Shown piece after piece: positions 10,183 through 20,267 of a stretch of DNA of 64,000 nt. The notes under the pieces are model-generated. The model worked only from the letters and a program-made list of their open reading frames with translations. It made no database searches and was not told where the DNA came from. Positions within the stretch are counted from its first letter, which is position 1. Each line of letters starts with the position of its first letter. The position numbers and the translations under genes were made by a program. This DNA comes from an uncultured Nitrospiraceae bacterium (GTDB taxonomy: Bacteria > Nitrospirota > Thermodesulfovibrionia > Thermodesulfovibrionales > Dissulfurispiraceae), in assembly GCA_963705105.1 (NCBI GenBank), contig CAVPIW010000012.1, forward strand, positions 352,001 through 416,000, in the 5' to 3' direction.

Positions 10183-10758
10183 TTAGGAGACAGTTACGAA
10201 CGCCTTCGCCGCCTTGAACACCTCATCAAGGGCGGTGGGGTGATTCAGGATCTCCCCTTTGGCGTCGACGTCGAGATAACTCAGCGTCACATGTTCGGGA
10301 ACGCTGATGGTCCTGAAGAAGGCCTTCGCCGTCGCCTCGGAACACTTGACGCCGATGTCCTTCTTCATGCCGCCGACGAGGAGGAGGAGCCCCTTCCGTC
10401 CGAAGGGGCCCGCCGGTATCGTTTTGTTCATGAGATACTTCTCGCACCACAGGGCCTGGCAGCGGTCGATCATCGTCTTCGCCTGGGCGCTGAGGGAAAA
10501 GAAGAAGATGGGCGAAGCGAGAATGATCCGGTCCGCCGTCCTGATGGAATCATAGACCTCGGCCATGTCGTCATTGATGATGCATTTGCCGCCCTTGTCG
10601 CATCCGCCGCAGTTCTGGCAGGGCTTGATGTTCATGAAGTTCAGCTTATAGAGGACGATCTCGTGCCCCGCCTCCTCAATCGGCTTCAAGGCCTCGCTGA
10701 GGAGGTAATCCGAGTTCCCGTGAATCCTCGGGCTGCCGAGGAACGCAACGACTTTCAT
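10183..10758 (-). CDS. Flavodoxin family / iron-sulfur flavoprotein (NADPH-dependent FMN reductase fold)
   Basis: GSPR..GNS, CQNCGGC....C.INDDM, ASPIFF. Confidence 0.9.
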   Translation of the reverse strand: MKVVAFLGSPRIHGNSDYLLSEALKPIEEAGHEIVLYKLNFMNIKPCQNCGGCDKGGKCIINDDMAEVYDSIRTADRIILASPIFFFSLSAQAKTMIDRCQALWCEKYLMNKTIPAGPFGRKGLLLLVGGMKKDIGVKCSEATAKAFFRTISVPEHVTLSYLDVDAKGEILNHPTALDEVFKAAKAFVTVS

Positions 10759-10761
10759 TCA

Positions 10762-12292
10762 CTACTCCTTTATCTTCGACATCTTGTATTTCAGATCCAC
10801 CATGTCACGCATGCTCATGAGGTTGTTCGAGAGGTCCCACCACCCCCAGTGGAAGGTGGCGTAATCGGGCGCTCCCGTCATGGCCGACGCGTATTTCGTG
10901 GAGTTTGCATAGAAGAGCCACTGCTTGATCCACATCTGCTCGATCTGCTCGTCAAATGGGTTATCCTTCTGGGGCAGGCCCTTCTCGACACCCTTCGTCC
11001 ATGCGTCGACGAGCGTGAGGGTTGTGGCGAGGGTCATGTTGTCGGCCTCCTTGATCGTCGTCTCGAGCTTGGCAAAGTGTCCGTCGATCCAGTCTGGTGC
11101 TGTGGCAGTTTCCGCAGACCTTCGTGAAGGATTTGAACCGCCTGTCCTGCTCGGCCTTGTCGATGAGGAAGTCCGACGCCGGCTCGTTGACGAAGGTCGT
11201 CGGCAGTGGCAGCCCGTCCTTGTTCTTGATGATCGTCGTGTCGCCCGACTTCGGCTGCGGATGGCTGTAGACGAGGCCGAAGAGCCTCACCCAGAGCCGG
11301 GCCCCGAAGTCATGGTTCCTCTCGGCGACGACTGTGCCGTCGGGGGTGACGAGGAGGCTGTTGTGGCAGGTGGCGCAGGTGGGCGCCGTGAAGTCCTTGC
11401 CGATCGTCCAGGGGACGGCGTTGAACTCCCACTCCTTCTCCTTGGAGAAGTAGATGTTCCCGTGCTTGCTCTCCTTGTAGACGTTCCAGCCAGGGACGTC
11501 CGGCTCAAGGTGGCACTGCGCGCAGGTGTATGGTTTCCGTGCGATCTCGATGGAGAAGGAATGGCGGGGATGGCAGATGGTGCAGGCGCCCATCGTGCCG
11601 TCGGGATTGAGCCGGCCCGTGCCCTGGTTCGGCCAGTTCGTCAGATCGGGGACTTTGACATCGCCCATCGTGGTGGCGACGGTCTTCGTACCGGCGACCT
11701 GGACATCCGTCCCATGGCAGGAGAGGCAGGTCTCGCGGAGGGTGTTGTCCGTCGGCTTTTCAACGACCACTTTGCCGTCCTTGATCTTCTTCAGCCCCGT
11801 CACCGTAGAGACGAGGGTGTGGTAGACGGGGTTCTTCATGATGTTCGCATAGGCGTTCGCCTTCTTGCTGCCGGCGTATTCCTTCACTTCCTGGGGATGG
11901 CAGGTGCTGCAGTCGTTGGGGCTCATGACGATGCTGATCTTGAAGCCCATGTGGTCGAAGCTGTCCTTGTGCTTGTCCGCATTGAGACTGTGGCACTCAT
12001 AGCACCCCACATTGACTCCCGCCAGTTCGCTTTTGACGCTGGCCGCGGAGACCCTCTTCTCGAGTGTCGCCTTCTTAAGCGCCTCGCCGGGGGTTGTCAT
12101 GGCATGCCTGCTCGTCATCCAGTCCTTGACGATGCCCGGCGTATAGATCTTGTGGCAGGCTATGCAGCTTTGCGTCTGGGAGCTGAGGTTTTCGCCCGCC
12201 TTCCCTTCGTGCTGCTTCGAAAGAACGATTGTTGAGGACAGAAGGAGCATCGCCAGCGCGATGACCACGGGTAGCCCGTACCTTCTCTTCAT
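10762..12292 (-). CDS. Octaheme HAO-family cytochrome c with a +1 frameshift at ~11095
   Basis: Eight CxxCH motifs; signal peptide; removing one base at 11095 joins the C-terminal ORF 10762-11037 (CHSTDWIDGHF...). Confidence 0.85.
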
Positions 12293-12381
12293 TGTTGTCA
12301 CTCCTTTCTCGGGTATCGGTCCTCCGGAGAGGGCCGTGTTGTGTTCCCCGCTACCTTTTCCCCTTCTTAATAAACCTTTCG

Positions 12382-12620
12382 GTTACATGCAAAGCAGGGC
12401 GAAGCACTCTGAAAACAGTGTCAGTGTCGGAAAAGATGTCCAGTTCTCCTGACATCGGCTTATGCCTCGTCTTCCGTAACGATACAGGTGTCGCCGCAGG
12501 AAGGTTTTCAGAGCATACACCCCGCCTTTCGGTCAGGCCTATGCAACGCGATAAAGCAAACAATCAGTCCCGGCATAAGGCAGAGCGAAGCGCCTCATCT
12601 TCGCCCCGCCTTTCGCCGGG
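12382..12620. mobile_element. Family 1 MITE-like element plus an adjacent mini-element
   Basis: Near-identical to 43938-44122 apart from hexamer copy number. Confidence 0.7.
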
Positions 12621-12630
12621 TTACCAATGA

Positions 12631-13125
12631 TTAATCGATCTTCTTGAATGCATGCTTCCTGGCGCCGCAGACCGGGCATGCATCGGGCGCCTCGTTTTCG
12701 ACTGTAAAACCGCAGATCGGGCAGACATAGATGTCCGTCTCCTTTACGCTGTCGAGGGTGTCGAGGTATTTCTGGTAGAGCGCCGCATGGATTTTTTCGA
12801 CCTCATTGGCATACGTGAAGGTCCTGACGGCGCCCTTGTTCCCCTCGGCCTCGGCTTCCTTGATCATGTCGGGGTACATGCTCTTGAACTCATGGGTCTC
12901 GCCCGCCACCGCTTCGGCGAGGTTCTCTTTCGTTTTCCTGATACCGCCCAGTTCGCGCAAATGATTGTGGGCGTGGATCGTTTCAGCCTCGGCAGCGGCC
13001 CTGAAGAGCTTCGCCACCTGTTTGTACCCTTCCTTGTCCGCCATGGCGGCGAAGGCGAGGTACTTCCTGTTCGCCTGAGATTCTCCTGCAAACGCCTCCT
13101 TGAGATTCTTTTCCGATTTCGTCAT
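12631..13125 (-). CDS. rbr: Rubrerythrin
   Basis: AFAGESQANRKY, EAETIHA, C-terminal CPICG...CPVCG. Confidence 0.95.
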   Translation of the reverse strand: MTKSEKNLKEAFAGESQANRKYLAFAAMADKEGYKQVAKLFRAAAEAETIHAHNHLRELGGIRKTKENLAEAVAGETHEFKSMYPDMIKEAEAEGNKGAVRTFTYANEVEKIHAALYQKYLDTLDSVKETDIYVCPICGFTVENEAPDACPVCGARKHAFKKID

Positions 13126-13179
13126 AGGTTCTCCTCCTTGCTGTTCGGGATCTATCGGTGGGCGGACTGTCTGTCCGCA

Positions 13180-14394
13180 TTAAATTGTTTCGTCATAGGC
13201 TTTGACCTTCTGCGCGAAGGCCTTTCCGTACTCGTAACACGCCGTTTCGTCCTCGACAGAGGGTTTGTAGAGGATCTGGAGACCCGGCTCACAGAGCTCG
13301 AGACCCATTTTCCTGAACTCCTCGTATATATCCTTGACGGCGCCGCCGCTCCAGCCGTAACTTCCGAAAGCGCCGACAATCCTCTTCTTCGGCCGTAAGC
13401 CGCGGAGCTGCGACAGGAACTGGGCTATCGTCGGGTACATGATGTTGTTGAGTGTCGGCGATCCGATGAGGGTGCCCCGTGACCTCCAGAATTCCTTGAT
13501 GGCGACGCTCATCGGCGTCGATCTCAGCTTGATGACCTTGCATTCGACGCCCTCGTCCTTGATGCCCTGCATCAGCGGCGTCGTCATCTGCTCGGTGCTG
13601 TGCCACATGGTGTCGTAGATGATCGAGACGGCCAGCCTCGCTTTGTTGTCAGCCATATCGAGGTACATCTGGAGCACCTTCCCGGGATTCTGCCTCCATA
13701 TGATGCCGTGATCAGGGGCGATGATGTCGATCTCGAGGCCGAGCTTCTGGATCTCGGCGATCTTGTTCTTGATGAGCTGCCCGAAGGGCATGAGGATGTT
13801 TGCGTAATAATCGACGACGGAGTCTTCGAGCTCGGACATGGTTTCACAGGTCAGGAACTCGTCGTCGAACCTCATGGCCGACGCGATGTGCTGGCCGAAG
13901 GCGTCCTGGCTGATAAGGACCTTGTCCTCTTTGATGTATGTCACCATGGAGTCCGGCCAGTGCAGCATCGGCGTTTCGAGGAAGAGCAGGGTGCGCTTCC
14001 CGATCGAGAGCGTGTCGCCGCTCTTGACGGTCTTGACGGTCCACTTCGACATGTCGAAAAACCGTTCAAGGCCTTTCTTGCCCCTTTCTGTGATATAGAT
14101 CGTCGCCTGGGGTGTGTACTCCATGATCTTGTCGATGCTCGTGGCGTGGTCGTTTTCGATGTGGTTGATGATGATGTTCTTGATCTTCGCAGGATCGACG
14201 AGTCCCTTGATGTTCTTTATGGTAATGTCGGCGAAGTCATGTTTGACCGTGTCGATGAGTGTGATATCGTCGTCGAGGATGAGATAGTTGTTATAGGTCG
14301 ATCCCCGCGGCGTGATGTAGCCGTGAAAATCCCTGATGGCCCAGTCGATGGCACCGACCCAGTAGATGCCGTTCCTTACCTCAACTGCCTTCAT
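13180..14394 (-). CDS. fprA: Flavodiiron protein (FprA, A-type flavoprotein)
   Basis: HIENDH, HWPDSM, APDHG, flavodoxin domain with GSYGWSG. Confidence 0.95.
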   Translation of the reverse strand: MKAVEVRNGIYWVGAIDWAIRDFHGYITPRGSTYNNYLILDDDITLIDTVKHDFADITIKNIKGLVDPAKIKNIIINHIENDHATSIDKIMEYTPQATIYITERGKKGLERFFDMSKWTVKTVKSGDTLSIGKRTLLFLETPMLHWPDSMVTYIKEDKVLISQDAFGQHIASAMRFDDEFLTCETMSELEDSVVDYYANILMPFGQLIKNKIAEIQKLGLEIDIIAPDHGIIWRQNPGKVLQMYLDMADNKARLAVSIIYDTMWHSTEQMTTPLMQGIKDEGVECKVIKLRSTPMSVAIKEFWRSRGTLIGSPTLNNIMYPTIAQFLSQLRGLRPKKRIVGAFGSYGWSGGAVKDIYEEFRKMGLELCEPGLQILYKPSVEDETACYEYGKAFAQKVKAYDETI

Positions 14395-14456
14395 AGAGCC
14401 TCCTTTGCGTCTATATTATTAACGTGGCAACCAAACAGATGAATCATCCTAAGCTT

Positions 14457-14530
14457 TGTCATTCCGGCTTGTCCGGAATCCTTCTGATTTTCACAAGGAT
14501 TGCCGACGCGCTCCGCTTGCGGCAATGACG
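14457..14530. repeat. GTCA-tagged palindrome doublet (empty copy)
   Basis: TGTCATTCCGGCTTGTCCGGAATCCTT...AAGGATTGCCG...CGGCAATGAC. Confidence 0.8.
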
Positions 14531-14795
14531 GCTTTACAAATATTTATTTGCCGGGTTGTAGATTAACCTTTCAGTTTTTCCGATCGCTTATGCCATAGAT
14601 TCAGGTGCAGATGAATCTCAGTGAGCAACATAGTATGCCCGCTCACAGACGAAGGCCACAGGCCGGACGAAAGGGATCGTTGCGGCACACCCTCTATCCT
14701 CCCCCTGTGGCCTTGCGAACGGGTTATCCCGCGAAACGGAATCTATGAGTCGCCGTGCCGACGGATGTCGCGCACCGGCCGGGTTCTCCAGCCCT

Positions 14796-14930
14796 TTACG
14801 AGCAGGTGAATCCCTCTCCGACAAGCGCCATCGGCTGACCGCAGCAGACGAGCACACCGGCGGCGGCCGTTGACACGACAACCTCGTTCCCGCAAACATT
14901 GCATTTGTACTTCTGTCCCTTCTTTGTCAT
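14796..14930 (-). CDS. Desulforedoxin-like protein, 44 aa (absent from the ORF track)
   Basis: Manual translation MTKKGQKYKCNVCGNEVVVSTAAAGVLVCCGQPMALVGEGFTCS; SD AAGGAGG. Confidence 0.88.
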   Translation of the reverse strand: MTKKGQKYKCNVCGNEVVVSTAAAGVLVCCGQPMALVGEGFTCS

Positions 14931-14960
14931 GACTGATTCCTCCTTTTATTGTGTTTTGGT

Positions 14961-15440
14961 TTAGCCGACTTTTTCGAATGCGTCCTTCGTCGCCTTGCAG
15001 ACGGGGCATCGCCAGTCATCAGGAAGCGACTCAAAGGGCGTCTGTTCGATCTGTTCCTTGTACAGCCACTTGCAGGCGGAGCAGCGCCAGAGGCCGCCAT
15101 CCTCACGCGCGCCGGTTTTCGAGACGACCTCCCATCCGCGCTCGATCCATTCCTCGAGACGGGGAGGGTAGAATCCGGAGAAGATCGTCTTGTCGCGGGC
15201 GTCCTCCATCTGGACCTCGACTGTATAGTCGCCCTTCTTTACCGTATATCCCCAGGTGAATGCATCCTTCGTATCGGGGGCGGTCGTCTTGCCCGTATAT
15301 TGAATCGTCGTGCCCCTGCTCTTGACCTTCGACCAGCTGTGGCAGCAGGCGAGTATGGATGTGCAGCCGCATTTGGCCCCCTTCACCTCGAGCCCGTCGA
15401 CACTGAACCCTCCGGGCACCTTTTCAACAGTGATTTCCAT
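14961..15440 (-). CDS. Protein with an N-terminal CGC..CC domain and a C-terminal rubredoxin
   Basis: C-terminal CSAC...[13 protein letters not shown]. Confidence 0.8.
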   Translation of the reverse strand: MEITVEKVPGGFSVDGLEVKGAKCGCTSILACCHSWSKVKSRGTTIQYTGKTTAPDTKDAFTWGYTVKKGDYTVEVQMEDARDKTIFSGFYPPRLEEWIERGWEVVSKTGAREDGGLWRCSACKWLYKEQIEQTPFESLPDDWRCPVCKATKDAFEKVG

Positions 15441-15446
15441 GTTTTT

Positions 15447-15863
15447 CTATTCCTCCAGCAGTGTGGAGAATGAAGCGTGGTGCTCTTCCTCTTCTGCGAG
15501 AATGCCCTCGAAGAGCCTCTTCGTCACGATGTCCTTTTCCTTCTCCGCAAGGGCGATGATCTCGCGGTAAAGTATGATCGCGTCCTCCTCGGCCTTCTTG
15601 TCCGCCTCGATCATTTCCTTCATGCTGTTGCCGACAAAAATCGGCGTCGGCTTTGTCGTCGGGACGCCGCCCAGATAGTCGAGCCGCTCGGCGATCTCCT
15701 CGGCGTGCTTCATCTCGGTGATGGCGAATCTCTTGAAGATGCCGCCGACAGTCTCGGCGTGGAGTCCCTTGACCTGCACGTGCTGCCACATGTACTGAAC
15801 GCTCACCTGGATCTCCCTCGCGATGGCATCGTTCAGCTTGTCGAGTAATTTCTTGCTTGCCAT
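15447..15863 (-). CDS. Ferritin-like / bacterioferritin-family protein
   Basis: E...QY, EMKHAE.IAERL..LGG.P, EEEH diiron ligands. Confidence 0.88.
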   Translation of the reverse strand: MASKKLLDKLNDAIAREIQVSVQYMWQHVQVKGLHAETVGGIFKRFAITEMKHAEEIAERLDYLGGVPTTKPTPIFVGNSMKEMIEADKKAEEDAIILYREIIALAEKEKDIVTKRLFEGILAEEEEHHASFSTLLEE

Positions 15864-15920
15864 GAATGCCTCCTCTGCATAAAAACCTGCGTCGGTCTCA
15901 AATCAAAATTTGCACGTACC

Positions 15921-15949
15921 ATGATAATACACTGTGCAGACCCTGTCAA
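15921..15949 (-). promoter_or_regulatory. Sigma70-type promoter for the ferritin-like gene
   Basis: TTGACA-17 nt-TATCAT on the minus strand. Confidence 0.6.
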
Positions 15950-16099
15950 CAATAACAATTCCCTGTCTGAAGGGTCTCGCATGTCGTCAATGTACCCTTT
16001 CGGTTGCAAGAAAAGGCTGCGCATTCACCCCAGCCCCACCTTTTCGGAAGGCCTATGCGATGATAAGACATACGTAGCGGGCGGCCTTGCAGACCGGGA

Positions 16100-16204
16100 T
16101 CAGGCCTTTGCCATCGTCCCCTTTTCACCGCAACTCGGACATTTCTGGGGCTTGCACCTGCCCTCTTTCGTCGCTCCGCATTTACTGCAGGTAAAAACCG
16201 CCAT
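16100..16204 (-). CDS. RCKP-type rubredoxin-like mini-protein, 34 aa (absent from the ORF track)
   Basis: MAVFTCSKCGATKEGRCKPQKCPSCGEKGTMAKA; SD AAGGAGGT. Confidence 0.88.
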   Translation of the reverse strand: MAVFTCSKCGATKEGRCKPQKCPSCGEKGTMAKA

Positions 16205-16254
16205 CTCCGATCACCTCCTTGGCGTTGTGTGAATGATTCTTCCTGCGAAAGCAC

Positions 16255-16656
16255 TCACCCTTTATCCTTGCAGGAGGGGCAAATGCCGTAAAACTCTATA
16301 TGACTCCCAATTATATCAAAATCACCCCGCTCGGTGGGGGGAAGATGCACCTTGTATTCGACATTGACATCGACGATCTTCCGGCAGCGTGTGCAGATGA
16401 GATGCTGATGATCGGCCGTATCGGGATCGAACCTTTTTTTGCGGGGATCGATGTGCACTTCCCTCACCTGTCCCCGCTCCTTCAGGAGTTCGAGCGTGTT
16501 GTAGACCGTGGCGAGGGAGAGCGAAGGATAGGTGCGCACGATCGTCCTGTGGATGTCCTCCGCTGAGGGGTGGTCCTTGTTTCCTTCCAGATAGGCCAGG
16601 ATCGCCATCCTCTGGGGTGTAAGCTTCAGCTTTCTGTTCTTGAGTACCTGTTGCAT
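16255..16656 (-). CDS. perR: Fur-family regulator, PerR-like
   Basis: TPQR, HPSAE, SLATVYNTL, HQHLIC..C, C..C; oxidative-stress gene context. Confidence 0.8.
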   Translation of the reverse strand: MQQVLKNRKLKLTPQRMAILAYLEGNKDHPSAEDIHRTIVRTYPSLSLATVYNTLELLKERGQVREVHIDPRKKRFDPDTADHQHLICTRCRKIVDVNVEYKVHLPPTERGDFDIIGSHIEFYGICPSCKDKG

Positions 16657-16657
16657 C

Positions 16658-16717
16658 TTATAAATTATAAATATTCCAATTTAAGAAACATTATCAAATT
16701 AGAATCTTTCTTGTCAA
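16658..16717 (-). promoter_or_regulatory. Promoter and AT-rich Per/Fur-box-like operator upstream of perR
   Basis: TTGACA-16 nt-GATAAT; TTATAA-N-TTATAA just upstream of the ATG. Confidence 0.55.
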
Positions 16718-16784
16718 GTCCATTCCCCTCGTGTGTGAGTGCAAGTGATGATCGGGGAACCCTGTTGTTGCGATAGGACCTCGG

Positions 16785-16813
16785 GAAAGGCGGGGCACTT
16801 TGTCCCGCCTTTT
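16785..16813. repeat. Minimal family 1 element (two ends only)
   Basis: GAAAGGCGGG GCACTTTGT CCCGCCTTTT. Confidence 0.6.
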
Positions 16814-16930
16814 TATTACGACTGAACGGAGAATTCATGTGTCTCAGATCGTGTCAGACTCGCATTCTCACATTCGCACTCACCTTCGCACTTACACTGA
16901 CACTATGCACGGTTCATGGTACACTAATAC

Positions 16931-18457
16931 ATGGCTCAAAGGGATGGGCATAAGGTCCTTATCCGGGGCGTCAACTGGATCGGCGATGCCGTGATGACCA
17001 TTCCCGCCCTCAGGGCGGTGAGGGCCAATTTCCCCGGATCATCGATATCACTTCTCGTGAGGCCCTCGGTGGCCCCGCTCTTTGATCGTGAACCTGCCGT
17101 CGACGAGATTATTCAGTACGGACACGAGTTCAGGGGAGTCAGCGGCAGGATGAAACTGGCGTCTACCTTGCGGGCGAAAGGGTTCACGACGGCTATTCTT
17201 TTTCAGAACGCCTTTGACGCCGCTCTTCTCGTTTCACTGGCCGGGGTCCCCGAGCGGATCGGATACAACAGGGACGGCAGGGGCATTCTGCTGACGAAGG
17301 CCGTTTCTTTCCGCGGCGAGGACCGGAAGCTGCACCACATCGATTACTATCTCAATCTGCTCGACAAGGCAGGCTATACATCCGAGAGGTCGAGACCATG
17401 GCTTCGCCTCACCCTTGAAGAGAGACTGGCCGCGCGGGAGACACTCAGCACGATGTCCAGGCCCATTCTCGGCATCAATCCCGGCGCCGCCTTCGGATCG
17501 GCCAAGCGGTGGGTTCTCGAGCGGTTTGCAGAGGTCGCCCGGTCGTTCACGGAAGAGACCGGGGGAAGCGTCGCGGTCTTTGGTGGAAAGGATGAAGCTG
17601 CCACGGCGCGGTATGTTCAGGCGCTCATTCCTCACCGGTCACGGAGCTTCGCGGGAAGGACGTCTCTCAGGGAGCTCGTCGCCCTAATTGCCGAATGCGA
17701 CGTCGTTGTATCGAACGACTCCGGCCCCATGCACATCGCCTATGCCGTCGGTACCCCCGTTGTCGCGATCTTCGGATCGACGGACCCGAAACTGACAGGC
17801 CCCGCCGGAGAAGGGAGCACCGTCGTTCAATCCGGGGTCCCCTGCAGCCCCTGCTTTGAGCGGACCTGCAGGGAGAAGCACCTGGCATGCATGGATGGCA
17901 TCTCGGCTGATGCCGTTTTTGAAGCTGTGCGGACCCTGACACCGCGCAGGAGGGCCGTCTTTTTCGACCGCGACGGCACGCTTTGCAGGGACGCTGACTA
18001 CCTGAACAGATGGGAGGATTTTTCGGTCTTCCCTGAAATCGAAGCACTCGATGCCCTGAAGACAGCCGGTTTTTCCCTCGTCGGCGTGTCGAACCAGTCC
18101 GGCATCGGGCGGGGCATCGTCGATGAGTCCTTTGCCAGGGACGTCAACAGGGTATTCATCGAGCGCTACGGGTTCGACGATTTCCTGTATTGTCCCCACA
18201 GGCCGGAGGAACTATGTTTTTGCAGAAAGCCCGAGCCGGCGATGCTGATCGAGGCGAAGGAGAGGTTGAGCATCGATCTCAGAAAATCCTACGTCGTCGG
18301 CGACAAGGATGACGACATGCTCCTCGCCAGGGCCGTCGGGGCCAGGGGGATTCTTGTCACCACGGGAAAGCTTCGCGAGTCCGTCCATGCCGATCACATC
18401 GCGCGGGACCTCAGGGAAGCAGTACGGATTATCCTCGGAGACAGCGATGAGCGCTGA
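16931..18457 (+). CDS. waaF: LPS heptosyltransferase II fused to a GmhB-like HAD phosphatase
   Basis: NWIGDAVM, SNDSGPMH (GT9); FFDRDGTL, CPH...C.CRKP, VGDK..D (GmhB). Confidence 0.9.
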   Translation: MAQRDGHKVLIRGVNWIGDAVMTIPALRAVRANFPGSSISLLVRPSVAPLFDREPAVDEIIQYGHEFRGVSGRMKLASTLRAKGFTTAILFQNAFDAALLVSLAGVPERIGYNRDGRGILLTKAVSFRGEDRKLHHIDYYLNLLDKAGYTSERSRPWLRLTLEERLAARETLSTMSRPILGINPGAAFGSAKRWVLERFAEVARSFTEETGGSVAVFGGKDEAATARYVQALIPHRSRSFAGRTSLRELVALIAECDVVVSNDSGPMHIAYAVGTPVVAIFGSTDPKLTGPAGEGSTVVQSGVPCSPCFERTCREKHLACMDGISADAVFEAVRTLTPRRRAVFFDRDGTLCRDADYLNRWEDFSVFPEIEALDALKTAGFSLVGVSNQSGIGRGIVDESFARDVNRVFIERYGFDDFLYCPHRPEELCFCRKPEPAMLIEAKERLSIDLRKSYVVGDKDDDMLLARAVGARGILVTTGKLRESVHADHIARDLREAVRIILGDSDER

Positions 18458-19487
18458 GTCACGGTACATAAGGATGCCGGTGCCCCAGAAGATCCTCATC
18501 ATCAAGCCGAGCTCCCTCGGAGACGTGGTCCACGGCCTGCCCTTTCTTGCGGCGATGAGAGATCTGTACCCGAAGGCCGAAATTCACTGGCTGATCGCCG
18601 CGGGGCTCGACGGCTTGCTCCTCAGTCATCCTATGGTGAACAGGCTCTGGGTCGTCAACAAGGACCGGTGGAAACGCGCGCGCAACGCCCCGGAAACGGT
18701 CGCCGAGATGGCCCAGTTGGCCCGGGACCTGCGGAACGAGGCTTTCGACATGGTCGTCGACCTCCAGGGACTTCTGAGGAGCGGGCTGATGACGTTCAGC
18801 ACCGGCGCGCCGATCAGGATCGGTTTCCGCGAGGCCCGGGAGGGGAGCGCCCTCTTCTATACCCATAAAATCGGGAGCGGCAGGGATGTGCACGCCGTGG
18901 ACCGCTTGATGACGATCGCGGCGGCCCTCGGATACTACGGTGACGAGATCACTTTTCCTCTGCCGCTCGTCAAGGAACCTGAAGAAATGCGTGCACTGAA
19001 GGATGACATGGGAGACTATGCCGTGATCATACCCGGCGCCCGCTGGAAAACGAAGCAATGGCCTGCCGACCGGTTCGGGAGACTGGCGGCGCTCCTGCCG
19101 GAACGGAGTATCGTCGTCGGGAGCAAGGCCGATGCAGACATCGCCGACACGGTTGTGGCGCACTCCGGCGGGAAAGCTGTCTCCATGGCCGGGAAGACGG
19201 ACCTCAGGGAGTTGATCTGCCTCATAAGGGGTGCACGGTACGCCGTGAGCAACGATTCGGGGCCCATGCACATCGCGGCGGCCGTCGGAAAACCGGTCGT
19301 TGCCGTCTTCGGTCCCACGAACCCTGTCAGGACCGGACCCTACGGCAGAGGACACCGCGTCGTCCAGGCGACCCTCTCCTGTGGTCCCTGTTACAAGAAG
19401 ACGTGCCGGGACCTGCGCTGCATGGAGGCTGTCTCTGTCGAGCAGGTCTATGAGGCGGTCAGGGATGTTACCCCTGCAATTGCATGA
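18447..19487 (+). CDS. GT9 LPS heptosyltransferase (WaaC/WaaF-like)
   Basis: KPSSLGDVVH, DLQGLLRS, NDSGPMH. Confidence 0.9.
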   Translation: MSAESRYIRMPVPQKILIIKPSSLGDVVHGLPFLAAMRDLYPKAEIHWLIAAGLDGLLLSHPMVNRLWVVNKDRWKRARNAPETVAEMAQLARDLRNEAFDMVVDLQGLLRSGLMTFSTGAPIRIGFREAREGSALFYTHKIGSGRDVHAVDRLMTIAAALGYYGDEITFPLPLVKEPEEMRALKDDMGDYAVIIPGARWKTKQWPADRFGRLAALLPERSIVVGSKADADIADTVVAHSGGKAVSMAGKTDLRELICLIRGARYAVSNDSGPMHIAAAVGKPVVAVFGPTNPVRTGPYGRGHRVVQATLSCGPCYKKTCRDLRCMEAVSVEQVYEAVRDVTPAIA

Positions 19488-19792
19488 AAAGGCGGGACAA
19501 AGTGCCTCAAGGCCTTGCTGACAGCGATCCTCCCTCTGGGAAGGCAGATATGGTTCAAAGCCTTTCCAATGCGATGATGAGACATTATAAAGTGTTCAGC
19601 GCCTGTCGCCTGACGGGCATTTGGGATCGATAGACACGGCAAAGGGTGGTCTGGGGACGAGTAAGGTATCTTAGCGGAAAGGCTTTTCACCACATCAGCC
19701 TTCCCGTCGGGGTATGTCTGGTTTCTGTCTGTTGGCTACTGTGTGCTGTCTACTGTATATTTTGCAGGGCATCTTCGCCCCGACTTTCAGGA
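19480..19792. mobile_element. Family 1 ends enclosing a 168-bp family 2 element (19538-19705)
   Basis: Inner element has ~30-bp imperfect inverted ends GGGAAGGC.GAT.TGGT..AAAGCCTTTCC; reverse copy at 62369-62536. Confidence 0.75.
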
Positions 19793-19832
19793 AGCTCTAC
19801 CGTATAGATAAGGCAAACGAGGAGGAGGAACG

Positions 19833-20267
19833 ATGAAATATCAGGTTGGAGAGACGGGACGAGTGGTCGTCTCGCGTTTTGAGGACGGGGAGAACGTGCT
19901 TCAGGGTCTCATCGACATCGCGAAGAAGGAAAACATACGGGCCGGCGTCGTCTACCTCGTCGGCGGGCTCAAGGGCGGGCGGTTCGTCGTCGGGCCCGAG
20001 AAGGAGCAGATGCCTCCCGTTCCGGTCTGGCGGGAGCTGAAGGAGAGCCACGAGATCCTCGGCTTCGGAACGATCTTCTGGCAGGGAGAAGAGCCGAAGG
20101 TCCACTTCCACGGGGCATACGGCAAACGTGACGAGGTGAGGGTGGGCTGCCTGCGGGAGGCGTCGGAGACCTTTCTCGTCCTCGAAGCCGTTATCGTCGA
20201 GATGAAGGGGATAACGGCCGTGCGGGAGCTCGATCCCGTCTCGGGACTCGTGCTGCTGAAGCTCTGA
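19833..20267 (+). CDS. PPC domain (DUF296) putative DNA-binding protein
   Basis: RFEDGE, EILGFGT, HFHG, EAVIVE. Confidence 0.85.
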   Translation: MKYQVGETGRVVVSRFEDGENVLQGLIDIAKKENIRAGVVYLVGGLKGGRFVVGPEKEQMPPVPVWRELKESHEILGFGTIFWQGEEPKVHFHGAYGKRDEVRVGCLREASETFLVLEAVIVEMKGITAVRELDPVSGLVLLKL

